64,000 bases of DNA from an uncultured delta proteobacterium. Its GTDB lineage: Bacteria > Desulfobacterota > Desulfobaccia > Desulfobaccales > 0-14-0-80-60-11. The DNA is taken from contig CAWETI010000003.1 in the NCBI GenBank assembly GCA_963812015.1, positions 448,001 to 512,000 on the forward strand, given 5' to 3'. A program made the translations under genes and the position numbers. Of this stretch, positions 1-9,940 are shown in pieces (position 1 is the first letter of the stretch; every line of letters starts with the position of its first letter). The notes under the pieces are model-generated. The model saw nothing but the letters and a program-made list of their open reading frames with translations, was not told where the DNA came from and searched no databases.

Positions 1-119
1 TAGGCATTCCCATGGGGGTGGTCATATGGTCGATAAGGATCGGCTTGGGCGCTCAGGGAGTTTAAGGCCAGGATAAGGCCCATCATTAGGATAACGCTAA
101 ACCATCTACTTAGGTTCAT
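1..119 (-). CDS. Secreted protein, 5' part only (runs off the window edge)
   Basis: ATG at 119 with GGAGGG RBS; reads MNLSRWFSVILMMGLILALNSLSAQADPYRP, a signal-peptide-like N-terminus. Confidence 0.55.
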   Translation of the reverse strand, partial: MNLSRWFSVILMMGLILALNSLSAQADPYRPYDHPHGNA

Positions 120-950
120 TGGCTTACCCTCCGGAATAATTTTGCAACCTGGATTCACTAATTAGAAAAGAGTCGGTCGGAAAGTGTTAAGAGAGATTAT
201 TTGTTTTATGGTAAGTAATTAATATTCATTACCCAAGATTGCTAAGACCGAAATCTCATGGAATTCGTAATAGTTAAGATTTAAACCTATAGAAAAGTAT
301 CCTGCTCATCACCCTTCCATGGTCATTATAACCATAGGAAAATGGTCATTTCGTGCATCTGACCCATTGATCCGGTCTCGGGAGCAGGCATCCTGTTTGA
401 AACCAACCTCATCAACTATTACGAAACCAATTAACCAGGACCCTTAAGGCGAAAGGTAAGGTTCGCCATTTCCCTGCCTTTTTTGTTGCCAACATGGAAT
501 TAGTTGATATCTCCTATGTGCAAAGGTCAAGATAGCCGAGGTCGGGCGGCGTCCGGGTAGAATTCAAACCAGTCTCCTATTCGTGGTTCCCCGCTCAGGT
601 GGGAGCGTTCTATAACTTGCCAGAACCGAGGCTTCCCAAAAACTTTAAAAAATTAGCGATATAATCCGCCTATCGAAATAGGGGATTGACAGTTCCATCT
701 CCAGGATATCTCTATTGACGCATGAGAGCTCCCAGGTAAAACGATAACCCCAGACATTAACTTCCTCCCGTGCACCACGCCACCAGTGTCTTCCTCGGGG
801 TTTTGGTCGTGCGTCAGCATTAATCTGGCCGGGGGGATAAAAAAATTGATTTTAAGGAATTTTTGTGCTTCATTACTATATGTCTGTTGGGCTCGGAAGG
901 GAAAAGTGGTAACTTTGATTAATAACAAAACTAATTGGGAGAGATTACCA

Positions 951-1211
951 ATGGAATCGATGCACCCACGGAAGAACAACAAGTATCCGTACGTGATTAT
1001 TCTCCTGGTTGGATTGTTTCTCGGTGCGGCCATCCCCCTGGCGTATGGCAATCAACCACACATGGATAATGCTCTGCATCATCTCCAGGCCGCCAGGGTC
1101 GCGTTGGAAAAAGCGACCCCGAATAAAGGGGGCCATAGAGAACGAGCCATTCAGTTGATCGACCAGGCCATCAACCAGGTGCGGGAAGGAATCCGATTTG
1201 CCGGACACTAG
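951..1211 (+). CDS. Small secreted helical protein
   Basis: Hydrophobic N-terminus followed by QPHMxxAL...NKGGHRERAIQLIDQAI; hairpin GGGGCATTCTG...CAGAATGCCCC downstream at ~1266-1294. Confidence 0.65.
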   Translation: MESMHPRKNNKYPYVIILLVGLFLGAAIPLAYGNQPHMDNALHHLQAARVALEKATPNKGGHRERAIQLIDQAINQVREGIRFAGH

Positions 1212-1505
1212 TCCATCTCTCTTTACAGAGGACCCGGACTAACACTTCGACGGCTATAACGGCAAGGGGCATTCTGTTTGAACCAGAATGCCCCTTGAAG
1301 TTGTCCGCCACCTTCAAGAAAATCAGCCTATCCAACTAAATATAATACAAAAGTTACTGTAAGAGCCTTCACTACCCTTCGCTAAATTATAGATGTGCAA
1401 GAATAGCGGCTATCTTGCTAAAACTAAAAAATATCCCCAAGGCACAGAAAATTTTGTATATGATTCGAATATCGAATGTGGGGTAAGCAAAGGAGGCTCT
1501 CCACC

Positions 1506-1736
1506 ATGCCTAAGTTGAGAATAATTCTTTTTATTTATGCAATTGTGGCCTTTGTGGGTTGTGGATTAGCAGATATCCCAGCCCAAAACCGAGCCATTGA
1601 GGAAGAGAATATGCGGGTTTATGACATATATCAATCTTATATGAGGAGCATGAACGAACAACGCGAGGAAACCGGCCTAACTCCCGAGAGGATCAAATCT
1701 TTTGAGGAATGGAAGGGATCTCCGGGCACCCAATAA
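1506..1736 (+). CDS. Small putative lipoprotein
   Basis: AGGAGG RBS; signal peptide ending in lipobox-like FVGC. Confidence 0.6.
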   Translation: MPKLRIILFIYAIVAFVGCGLADIPAQNRAIEEENMRVYDIYQSYMRSMNEQREETGLTPERIKSFEEWKGSPGTQ

Positions 1737-1918
1737 TGATGACTTTCCAAGGATATAACTTCATTCAGATTATTAAAATATAGATATGGCCTGAATATGG
1801 AAGGTTTTTGGCTTCCTGATAAGTGTCGGATCATAGATGCTATGAAAGGTTCCTTAAGTAAGCCTCTTGGTATAAAAGTGGAGTTCCTCAAGAAAAAAAC
1901 AGGAAAAGGAGGCTTACC

Positions 1919-3070
1919 ATGGACCACAAGCAGGGAAACCAGGGTCGAGAACAGAGCGCCCAGGTGCCGGTTTTGTACGTCGCCTTCGAACTGGCTAACA
2001 GCACCTGGAAGATGGCGTGCACCGATGGCAGCAAGTTGCGGCATCTCACCGTGACTGCTGGGGACCTGGCCCAAGTCCAAAGAGCGATTATCGGAGCCAA
2101 GCGGCATTTCGGTATGGGGGACAAGGTGCACACGGTGAGCTGTTATGAGGCCGGACGTGACGGTTTTTGGCTGCACCGGTATTTGCACAGCTGCGGGATA
2201 GACAATGTGGTGGTGGACTCTGCCAGCCTGGAAGTGAACCGGCGGTTGCGGAGGGCGAAAACCGACCGGGTCGATGCGGGGAAACTATTGAGCATGCTGC
2301 TCCGCTATCACGGCGGGGAGAAGCACCTGTGGCGGGTGGTGCGGGTGCCGAGCCGGGAGGATGAGGACGCCAGGCATTTACACCGGGAATTGGAGGCCTT
2401 GAAGAGCGAGCGGACCCGGCACCGCAACCGGATCCATGGGATTTTGATTCAACAAGGGCTGCGTGTCAGCAACCCGAGCACGAAAAAGTTTGTCAAGGAG
2501 TTGGAACTCATGCGCACCTGGGAAGGCCGGGAATTGCCAGCCGAGATGAAGGTGCGGCTGGTACGGGTGCATGAACGGCTACGCATGGTGGAGGAGCAGA
2601 TCAGCGGCCTGGCAAAAGAGAAAACGCAGCTTCTTAAAGTAGAGAACGCCAGGATGGCGCAAGTGGCCCAGCTCCTGAGGCTGCCCGGGATCGGCCCGGT
2701 AAGTTCCTGGACCTTCGTCATGGAGTTTTTCGGCTGGCGCCGTTTTCGGAACCGCCGGGAAGTGGCCGCCCTGGCGGGCCTGACCTCTACCCCTTACGAC
2801 AGCGGCAAGAGGTTGCGAGAACAAGGGATCAGTAAAGCGGGTAACCGGAGGGTGCGCACCCTGGCCATTGAGATCGCCTGGGCCTGGCTGCGGTTTCAAC
2901 CCCGAAGCAAGTTAAGCCGGTGGTTCCTGGAAAGGTTTGCCGCTGGCGGGAGCCGCATGCGACGCATCGGCATCGTGGCCCTGGCCCGGCGGCTGCTCAT
3001 CGATCTGTGGCGTTTTCTGGAGTACGGGGTGGTCCCGGAAGGAGCCCAGGTAAGGCCACTGGCAATTTAA
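1919..3070 (+). CDS. IS110-family transposase/recombinase
   Basis: RuvC-like N-domain (YVAFEL, CYEAG, AKTDRVDA), coiled coil, LPGIGP, TPYDSG with catalytic Ser, ISKAGNRRVR, IVALARRL. Confidence 0.95.
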   Translation: MDHKQGNQGREQSAQVPVLYVAFELANSTWKMACTDGSKLRHLTVTAGDLAQVQRAIIGAKRHFGMGDKVHTVSCYEAGRDGFWLHRYLHSCGIDNVVVDSASLEVNRRLRRAKTDRVDAGKLLSMLLRYHGGEKHLWRVVRVPSREDEDARHLHRELEALKSERTRHRNRIHGILIQQGLRVSNPSTKKFVKELELMRTWEGRELPAEMKVRLVRVHERLRMVEEQISGLAKEKTQLLKVENARMAQVAQLLRLPGIGPVSSWTFVMEFFGWRRFRNRREVAALAGLTSTPYDSGKRLREQGISKAGNRRVRTLAIEIAWAWLRFQPRSKLSRWFLERFAAGGSRMRRIGIVALARRLLIDLWRFLEYGVVPEGAQVRPLAI

Positions 3071-3095
3071 CCCAGAATACGGAGTTGATGTAGAA

Positions 3096-3294
3096 GTTTT
3101 GGTTGGTGAAGTCGCCCGTGTAACTGCTGGGTGCTCTTGAGTCACCGTTTTCATAGAGTGGGCGCTTCAGCAATCGGTTCCCCGCAGCGCAACCCCGCGC
3201 ATGCAGCATGCGGTGCCTGACTAAGAGTCAGCACGGATAGAAGCTTGATGGGGGCTTTGGCCCCATCGATTTACCGGAACCAACCAACCAAAAC
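3096..3294 (+). ncRNA. Putative bridge RNA/seekRNA of the IS110 element
   Basis: 12-bp closing helix 3096-3107/3283-3294; internal loop carrying matches to both flanks of the insertion site (see findings). Confidence 0.75.
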
Positions 3295-3623
3295 GGCTCA
3301 CAGGTCTCTAACAAAAATTGCCTAGGAGGATAGCTCTCTTCGCCTCGGTCTGAGGTTTTTAGCATGCCCCGTCGAGGTGTCAAGGTTTCCCTGCGGCGCC
3401 CTGCGACCTTGACACCTCTTCCTGGGCATGCGGCTGGGGAAGCAGGCCGACGGCGAAGGGATGGCCTTTTGACCTCGGGCTCAGGGATGGAGGTTTAACT
3501 GCCCGGAAGACAAAAAAGGCTTGACAAGAGGAACCCACATAGAAGCAGTTATCGAGAGTTCTAAAGGCGGGTTCTGCCCTTGAGAAAACCTTTTCCTGCT
3601 CATCTCCCTGCCTCCCGTCGATC

Positions 3624-4070
3624 TGGTCTGTTCCCGAAAACTGGACCATTCATAATAAGAAAATTTTGCTAAGATAAACCGATCTGGCAAGTAGGATTTT
3701 CTTGATGAAACGGTCCCGGTTTACCGATCAACAGATTGCCTTTGCCCTGCAGCAGGCTGAGCAGGGGACCCAGGGGCTGAGGTCACCCGCAAGATGGGGA
3801 TTAGCGAGCCAGACCTTTTACCGGTGGAAGAAGAAGTTTGGGGGCCTAATGCCTTCGGAGGTCCGCAAGCTCCGGCAGCTGGAGGAGGAGAACGCCCGGC
3901 TGGGCCGGCTGGTGGCGGATCTGTCCCTGGATAAAGAAATGCTCCAGGAGGTGATCCGAAAAAAGCTCTGAAGCGTGCCCAGGTGCGGGCCACGGTGGAG
4001 CTTTTGCGCACCTATTAACAGGTGAGCATCCGGCGGGCGACCCAGACTCTATCCGGCTCCCGCTCCACCC
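3624..4070 (+). pseudogene. IS3-family remnant: orfA (3705-3971), A6G frameshift motif, truncated orfB
   Basis: MKRSRFTDQQIAFAL...TFYRWKKKFGG...LRQLEEENARL..LVADLSLDK; AAAAAAG at end of orfA; orfB hits a stop after a few codons. Confidence 0.85.
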
Positions 4071-4285
4071 TTCCTGTATATGAATAAATAGTTGCTAAGG
4101 CCTACCCCCTTGATTTCCATATGGTCAAAATGATCATACGCGAATGGTCATTAGGTTTATAGACTTTCCTCCCTTCTTGTCTCATTCTAATAATCTGGCG
4201 CGAAAGCCTCGATTTTGTTTTTTGGGGTTCTCCGTGTCTTTTAAGCCTAAAACGGAGTTAGTCCAAGAAGGCGAAGGAAAACTAA

Positions 4286-5062
4286 ATGGCCCGAAAGATT
4301 ATAACAGTTGCCTTAGTGTTTATCCTCGCAGCTTCCCTATCCGGCTGTGCCACCGAAGGCTATTATTCATCGGGACGATCCGCTGCTGGTGGAGCCATGG
4401 AGCAAAAAGATCCTATTTATGAGGAATTGGCTGAACATGGAAGGATGACGACAGGACAGATAACTATTGTTTATGGCGTGCCATGTGTAGAAGTTATGCT
4501 GAAGAGTGGTGAAAGCATAATGACATTTGTCTATTCCATACCTTCTTTAAAGAAAAAATCTCTTATTGTTCAGGACAGGATTGCTCTCCTTAATAAAACG
4601 CACTATCTATTGATCGTGAATGGTTCCGGTAACATCAGCACCTATAAGGACAAAATATTCGTGCCGCTCGACTATTCGATCGAGCCGAAAATTCTGCCGG
4701 AATTTTTGCCTGGTGCGGCCAATCATGAAAAGTACATTCTGATAGATCGCCGCCAGCAATATCTCGGCCTTTATGAACGGGGAAATTTGAAATACTGTTA
4801 TCCAATTTCTTCCGGAATCAAGAATTCGACGCCTTTAAAAAAATTCGTGGTTAATTATATGGATGAAGTTCATCACTCCAGTAAATATGAACAGGCGCCC
4901 ATGGATCATGCACTGAATATTGGCAAGGATTATTTCATTCATGAAGGAATAGTTCCTGGATATCCCGCATCCCACGGCTGTATCCGGGTGTTTCCCCTTC
5001 ATGCCCGTTTTCTTTTTTATCAGTGGGCCAAGCCGGGAATTCCCGGGAAAATTATAGGTTGA
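4286..5062 (+). CDS. L,D-transpeptidase (YkuD-like) with lipoprotein signal
   Basis: Catalytic motif FIHEG...ASHGCIRV; lipobox LSGC. Confidence 0.85.
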   Translation: MARKIITVALVFILAASLSGCATEGYYSSGRSAAGGAMEQKDPIYEELAEHGRMTTGQITIVYGVPCVEVMLKSGESIMTFVYSIPSLKKKSLIVQDRIALLNKTHYLLIVNGSGNISTYKDKIFVPLDYSIEPKILPEFLPGAANHEKYILIDRRQQYLGLYERGNLKYCYPISSGIKNSTPLKKFVVNYMDEVHHSSKYEQAPMDHALNIGKDYFIHEGIVPGYPASHGCIRVFPLHARFLFYQWAKPGIPGKIIG

Positions 5063-5280
5063 GTCCGTTGCAAAACGGAATCTTCCTGGCGTTGAGGATT
5101 TTCGAGCAGGTCGTTTTATCTTGAGGAGATTGGCGCGTTAGGACGGAAATGTGCCCCATTTCAAGCTTCATATCTACTTCTATATCAAACTCATCCCAGA
5201 GCACAATTTCGATCTTTTTCAAGTTAATTCTCCCATTTGTAATTCGGCCTCGACGATGAGCACTATCTAAGAATAATAAG

Positions 5281-5598
5281 TTATGAATGGCATGAGGCTT
5301 TATATTCGGTGAGCCCTAAGCCCTTGGCGTTCAATGTGATTAACTTCGGAGAATTGAGAACCGTGCGCATCAATTTTTTAGCGCAGTCCCCGGCCCGCAA
5401 GGCATCCTGCAGATTTTTCTTTGCCTGGTCCAGATTGTCCCCTTCTTGCAATACTGTAAGAGCTAACTGCACCTGCCATAGCATCGCCATAAAGTTGTTG
5501 CCAAAGGAATCCAAGGTCCAATTCAGCTGTTGAAACGAGGACTCCGTCTCTTTTTTTCCATTCCTTCGATCTCGGATGTTATAAGTGTCATTCTGCAT
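5281..5598 (-). CDS. Hypothetical protein, resembling a His-kinase dimerisation helix pair
   Basis: GGAGG RBS; amphipathic helices. Confidence 0.4.
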   Translation of the reverse strand: MQNDTYNIRDRRNGKKETESSFQQLNWTLDSFGNNFMAMLWQVQLALTVLQEGDNLDQAKKNLQDALRAGDCAKKLMRTVLNSPKLITLNAKGLGLTEYKASCHS

Positions 5599-5991
5599 GG
5601 CTTAATCCTCCAAATGGCGTAGCAAAGAACCTCATTCAAGATTTGTTGAACAAACTGTAATCTTTTCTTATAAAAATGATATTAGGAATCCCCTGATATG
5701 TGTTGCACGAAATGACCATATTGCTATGGTCAAAATGTTCATGGAAATTTTGATGGCCTGAAGAATTGTCCTGCCCCCAAAAACTGATCAACAAGTTATG
5801 GTAGATTAGCGGATCGAAGGGAGGCAGGTCAAAAGGGCATTTCAGAATAGCGACTATCTTGCCATTATCAGCACAACCCAAAAGGTTGCGATATGATCTG
5901 CATAACGACAGAGGTTTCGCAGGGCTGGGGAACTCTATGGATCAGGGATGGAAAAATCTGAAGGCAGCGGACCAGTTATTTTTGTGCGTTT

Positions 5992-7527
5992 TCAACGTTG
6001 ATCCTTTTTCATCTCCTGCGGAACCCCGCCGTAATTTTTGGTGGTGGTTACCAGACCTTTCGAGCCGGTGATATGGTATCGGACCTCCGGTCCCCGGTTG
6101 CTGGCCCGTTCGGTGAGCCGGGCGGCCAGCTCCTTGTAATAGTAGAAAAGGCCCAGGCCGTCCCCCTGGCCCTGGCCCCCCGCCAGAACCAAAGCGCCGC
6201 AGGCGGAATTCGCCACGTCGTCATGCCCGGCCGGGCCGTGGGTTATCATGTCCTTGCCCATGGGCCGCACCCGCCGCTCCAGGCCAAGCAATTCCGAGAG
6301 CAAAGCCTGGTCGTCCAGCAGCTCCACCTGGCCCCTGGTGAACAGGGGCAGGGCCTCCAGGAAGATCTGCGACCTGTCCCTTACCGAGCTCCGATAGTCA
6401 ATGCCGTGCTCCCGGAATGCCGAGACGACCCACTCGGCCGCGTACTTGTCCCCCGTCACTTGAGAGCATTTGAACTCCTTGAGCACCTGGGCATATTCGG
6501 CCACCACCTCACCCGGATTGAAGGGGGGGACCCGCCGCCGGATCACGTCCAAAACAATTTGGCCATCGGCTTCACGGTGCGCCAGGCCCAGGGTGAAGCT
6601 ATCCTGGCGGCCCCCGGAGGGGGCTGCGAAGCCGAAGTACCGCAAACCTTCCTTTGGCGGCAGCTCTCGCCGACCATGAACGACCAGGGGCTCCAGGGTC
6701 TCGATGTCCAGGAACCCCGAAATGTCGTCCCGGAACAGGGCCAGGTACTCGGTCTTGGCGCTTGCGTGGTCCTCAGCCAGTGCCTGCTGCACCACTTCCG
6801 CGGACAGGGTCGGGTTCATGGTCCGGGTGGCCGCCTGCCAGACCAGGACCCGCCCGTCCTTGCCGTAGTAGCGGGAGAATGCCTCCCACATGACACCCTG
6901 TTTGGCGTAGGGTGAGCTTATGGCGATCAATGGCCCACCAGTGGTGGCAAGGCCGGGGCGCAGACTCCGCAAGATCTCCTTGCCGGGGTCCCTGCCCTCC
7001 ACTCTCCAGAAACTTGCTTCTTCCAGAATCACTGCCAACAGGGTGTATCCACGAACGGCCGCCGTGGAGCATGTCAGAATCTTGATGCTCACCCGGTTCT
7101 TCAGCCTTATCTCCTGGGCCAGGTCCGCCTCCACCATGCCCGCCAGGATGGGGGAAAGGCGGAATATCTCCCGGCAATATGAAATGATTATGCCGGCCTG
7201 CTCCCGGTCGTTGGCGATCACGGCCACCAGGCCGATCTCGCCGGGGGCCAAGACGGCCGTATCGGCAAAGGCCGCACTGAAGCAGGCCGTAGCCGCCGTG
7301 ATCCGGGACTTGCCGCCCCGCCTCCCCACTATGAAGTAGACCTCCCCGGCAGGGCCTTGTGGGGCCGCTTGCCGCCCCGTGCATCTCTGATAGAGGGGGA
7401 GGTCAATGTCTGCCAGGGGGAGGCCGTAGGCGGCCTTTAGAGCCGTCCTCCAGGGCTGCCAGGGTGCGAGGTCTGGGAACCCCGCCCCTATCAAATTTCT
7501 GTCTCCAATGGCTTGAATTATATTCAT
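5992..7527 (-). CDS. Terminase large subunit-like protein
   Basis: Walker A GRRGGKS, Walker B AVILEE, ISSP coupling motif, VTGDKYA, C-terminal HDDVANS. Confidence 0.85.
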   Translation of the reverse strand: MNIIQAIGDRNLIGAGFPDLAPWQPWRTALKAAYGLPLADIDLPLYQRCTGRQAAPQGPAGEVYFIVGRRGGKSRITAATACFSAAFADTAVLAPGEIGLVAVIANDREQAGIIISYCREIFRLSPILAGMVEADLAQEIRLKNRVSIKILTCSTAAVRGYTLLAVILEEASFWRVEGRDPGKEILRSLRPGLATTGGPLIAISSPYAKQGVMWEAFSRYYGKDGRVLVWQAATRTMNPTLSAEVVQQALAEDHASAKTEYLALFRDDISGFLDIETLEPLVVHGRRELPPKEGLRYFGFAAPSGGRQDSFTLGLAHREADGQIVLDVIRRRVPPFNPGEVVAEYAQVLKEFKCSQVTGDKYAAEWVVSAFREHGIDYRSSVRDRSQIFLEALPLFTRGQVELLDDQALLSELLGLERRVRPMGKDMITHGPAGHDDVANSACGALVLAGGQGQGDGLGLFYYYKELAARLTERASNRGPEVRYHITGSKGLVTTTKNYGGVPQEMKKDQR

Positions 7528-7594
7528 TGTCTCCCCAGCAATGCCTTTTTATGGGGTCGGGGCGTATCGCTTGAAATCGGACCCGAAACGGGGT

Positions 7595-8137
7595 TTAAAG
7601 ACAGGGTCCGCCGGCCGATTTCATGGCCTCCATACCCCGTTTCCTGCCCTCTGCGAAAGAGGCCATTTGCTCCGGGCTCAAGGGGCGCCCCCTCCTGGCT
7701 ATCCTGGCCCCGGCCAGTTCGCAGACCTGCTCCAAGACCGCAGCCGGGAAACGGATTTCCTTTCCCAGGCGCTCATCCGTCTCGAGGGCCTGCTTGGCTT
7801 CCCTCACCCCGGCCTGAACCTTCGCGGCCGTCTGGGTCGTGGTCAACAAGGCGAAGGATTTCTCTGCCTCGTCGTAAAGATGGATCACCCCGCCGTTCTC
7901 GCAGATGATCCATTCGTACCAATGGAGCTGACCTTTTTTGAATTGAGGTTGCTCGCAAACGAAGGCAGGGTCGAGTCCCATGTGGTATCGGTAGCGGGTT
8001 AGTTTGGCGATCGTGAACGGCCCGGCCCAGTCCTTCTCCAGGATTCTTTTCCATTGGTAATGCGCCGGTGCCTTCCCTTCCGAGACTATCATCAGCACGA
8101 CGCCGCCCACATTGGCCTTGCCCGGCAAGCTGTCCAT
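7595..8137 (-). CDS. Hypothetical protein of the terminase element
   Basis: AGGAG RBS before ATG 8137; co-oriented with terL. Confidence 0.55.
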   Translation of the reverse strand: MDSLPGKANVGGVVLMIVSEGKAPAHYQWKRILEKDWAGPFTIAKLTRYRYHMGLDPAFVCEQPQFKKGQLHWYEWIICENGGVIHLYDEAEKSFALLTTTQTAAKVQAGVREAKQALETDERLGKEIRFPAAVLEQVCELAGARIARRGRPLSPEQMASFAEGRKRGMEAMKSAGGPCL

Positions 8138-8166
8138 GATGTCTCCTGCATTTTTCCCCACCAATA

Positions 8167-8212
8167 AAAAAAAGCCCCGCAACGGCATTGCTGCCAGAAA
8201 GCGGGGCCTCTT
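8167..8212 (-). terminator. Rho-independent terminator/attenuator
   Basis: Minus strand GCCCCGC...GCGGGGC followed by a T-run. Confidence 0.5.
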
Positions 8213-8239
8213 GGCCACACCTTGCAGATTTATTTTGGG

Positions 8240-8356
8240 TTACTTGATTCCTAGACTCTTTAGTGTCCACCTCACGATATTGATGATTGCGCCGTAAAGG
8301 TCGGGGGCTATGTCCCTGATCTTGAAAAGGGCAGCGGCAAGTTCATTTTCGGTCAT
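8240..8356 (-). CDS. 38-aa small protein
   Basis: MTENELAAALFKIRDIAPDLYGAIINIVRWTLKSLGIK, read manually. Confidence 0.35.
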   Translation of the reverse strand: MTENELAAALFKIRDIAPDLYGAIINIVRWTLKSLGIK

Positions 8357-8369
8357 TTTCGGCCTGCCT

Positions 8370-8404
8370 TATTTTTAGGAAAATATATTATTTTCCTAAA
8401 AATA
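8370..8404. promoter_or_regulatory. Perfect 16-bp inverted repeat (recombinase site or operator)
   Basis: TATTTTTAGGAAAATA-TAT-TATTTTCCTAAAAATA, just upstream of the recombinase. Confidence 0.6.
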
Positions 8405-8474
8405 CTGTCCTTTTCCTTTATCTTTTCCTTAATTTATTATATATTTTCATTAAAATAAATGGGGGGCCAAGACC

Positions 8475-9095
8475 ATGGGACAGTACAAAATCACCCGTGA
8501 CAAGTTCCTTTCCACCGATGAAGTCAAGCGGCTCTTGAAGGTCTGCGAGGAGCAGGCCGACCTCGACTTGCTCAAGGGGCGGCAGACTTGGGTCACCCGG
8601 CATATGCTGGTGGCCCTGGCCCTGCGTAGCGGCCTCAGGGTGGGCGAGATCGCCGCCCTCAAGATCGGGGACATCCACCTGGGAGGACGAGAAACCTATA
8701 TCAGTGTTAGGCGCGGCAAAGGGGACAAGCCCAGGGATGTTTTTTTCAACGGGTCGCTGGTCAAACCCTTGAAGCGGTACATCGACATCAAGGCCAAGAC
8801 CTGGAAGCAGCCTGTCAGCCTGGGTGATTCCCTTTTCTCTCATGGGGAGGGAAAGCCCTTCACCACCATGGCCCTGTACTTCAGCTTCAAGAAGGCCTTG
8901 GAGAAGGCCGGGCTGCCCCTGCATCACACAATCCACCATGCCCGTCATACCTTCGCCACGCATTTGCTGGCTGACACGGGAAACCTCAAATTCGTGCAAA
9001 AACAGCTTGGTCACGAAAACATCGCCCACACCGCTCTCTACGCAGACATCCTCCCGGAGCAGCGGCAGGCCCTGGCCGACAAATTGAGCATTTAG
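8475..9095 (+). CDS. Minimal tyrosine recombinase (catalytic domain only)
   Basis: GLRVGE (R), GKG (K), HHARHTFAT (HxxR), LGH, TALY (Y); 206 aa. Confidence 0.92.
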   Translation: MGQYKITRDKFLSTDEVKRLLKVCEEQADLDLLKGRQTWVTRHMLVALALRSGLRVGEIAALKIGDIHLGGRETYISVRRGKGDKPRDVFFNGSLVKPLKRYIDIKAKTWKQPVSLGDSLFSHGEGKPFTTMALYFSFKKALEKAGLPLHHTIHHARHTFATHLLADTGNLKFVQKQLGHENIAHTALYADILPEQRQALADKLSI

Positions 9096-9106
9096 AGATG
9101 ATTGCA

Positions 9107-9595
9107 TCATTCACCTTTACCCTGGCCCACGGCCTCTACCGACACAATTTGGCCGGATTTTAGGGCGTCCAGGTATTCTTGCAGGCTGGGGGCCTTCTCC
9201 GGGAGCTGCCCATCTTTCGCCAAGGCGCTCATTGCCATAATGTCCGCCCTAATGCTGTTGCAGAGCATCAAATAATCTTTCTCCGTCCCGGCCCCCAGCT
9301 CCACCTTACCCCCCAGCAGCGCCGCCTCGTAGGACGCCGCGCGGATCAGCTTGACGGCGCACCGCTGGGCCAATAGCTGGGCCGGGCCGGGCGCCGGCTC
9401 CTTGTGGCCTTCCAATAACAGTTCCGTGGCCCGCCTCAGGACTTGCGCCAGCCGCGTACGGCCGTCTATGTCGTGGCGCTCCAGGGCCATATACAGGCCG
9501 TGCTTCACCTTTCGCAGGGGTTTGGGAAACAAGGAGTAAGGGCTTTTGGGCCTTTTCCTATCATTTCCCGGTTTATCGTTTGAATCATCTTTCAT
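9107..9595 (-). CDS. Putative terminase small subunit-like protein
   Basis: Basic N-terminus with KHGLY motif, helical core, terL in the same element. Confidence 0.45.
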   Translation of the reverse strand: MKDDSNDKPGNDRKRPKSPYSLFPKPLRKVKHGLYMALERHDIDGRTRLAQVLRRATELLLEGHKEPAPGPAQLLAQRCAVKLIRAASYEAALLGGKVELGAGTEKDYLMLCNSIRADIMAMSALAKDGQLPEKAPSLQEYLDALKSGQIVSVEAVGQGKGE

Positions 9596-9628
9596 ATCAG
9601 TCAGTTATCCTATATTGGGCGATGATTG

Positions 9629-9940
9629 CTAACCCCTTATCAGGGGGCCTGGGCATGGGGTGGCCTCAGCCCGCTCCGTATATCCCTTTCTCAACTGGTT
9701 TGGGGGCATCTCAAAGATGCGCTCCAAAACTTCCCACACATGATAATGGGTCCCCATGGCCACGGTCTCCCAGCCTGTGGCCTTCCCCTCCAAGGCATGG
9801 GCCTAGTGAAAACGAAGGCTTTCCTCCAGGGTTGCTATGTGGCCCTGGCGCTGCGCACTCGAATACTCGCCGACCCAGATATGCCTGGCCTCATATTCCC
9901 CCCAGGTTTCGTCTGGCAGCATTGGAGAGTGTTTAGTCAT
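9629..9940 (-). pseudogene. Hypothetical gene interrupted by an in-frame TAG (9803-9805)
   Basis: RBS GGAGGAAAGG + ATG 9940; frame stays open ~57 codons past the TAG. Confidence 0.4.

Larger units (their letters stand above)
1832..3543 (+). mobile_element. IS110-family (IS1111-like) insertion sequence, apparently complete
   Basis: CATAGA at both ends (1832-1837, 3538-3543); imperfect subterminal IRs ATGAAAGGTTCCT (1842-1854) and AGGAACCCACAT (3529-3540); transposase followed by ~470 nt non-coding region. Confidence 0.8.
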
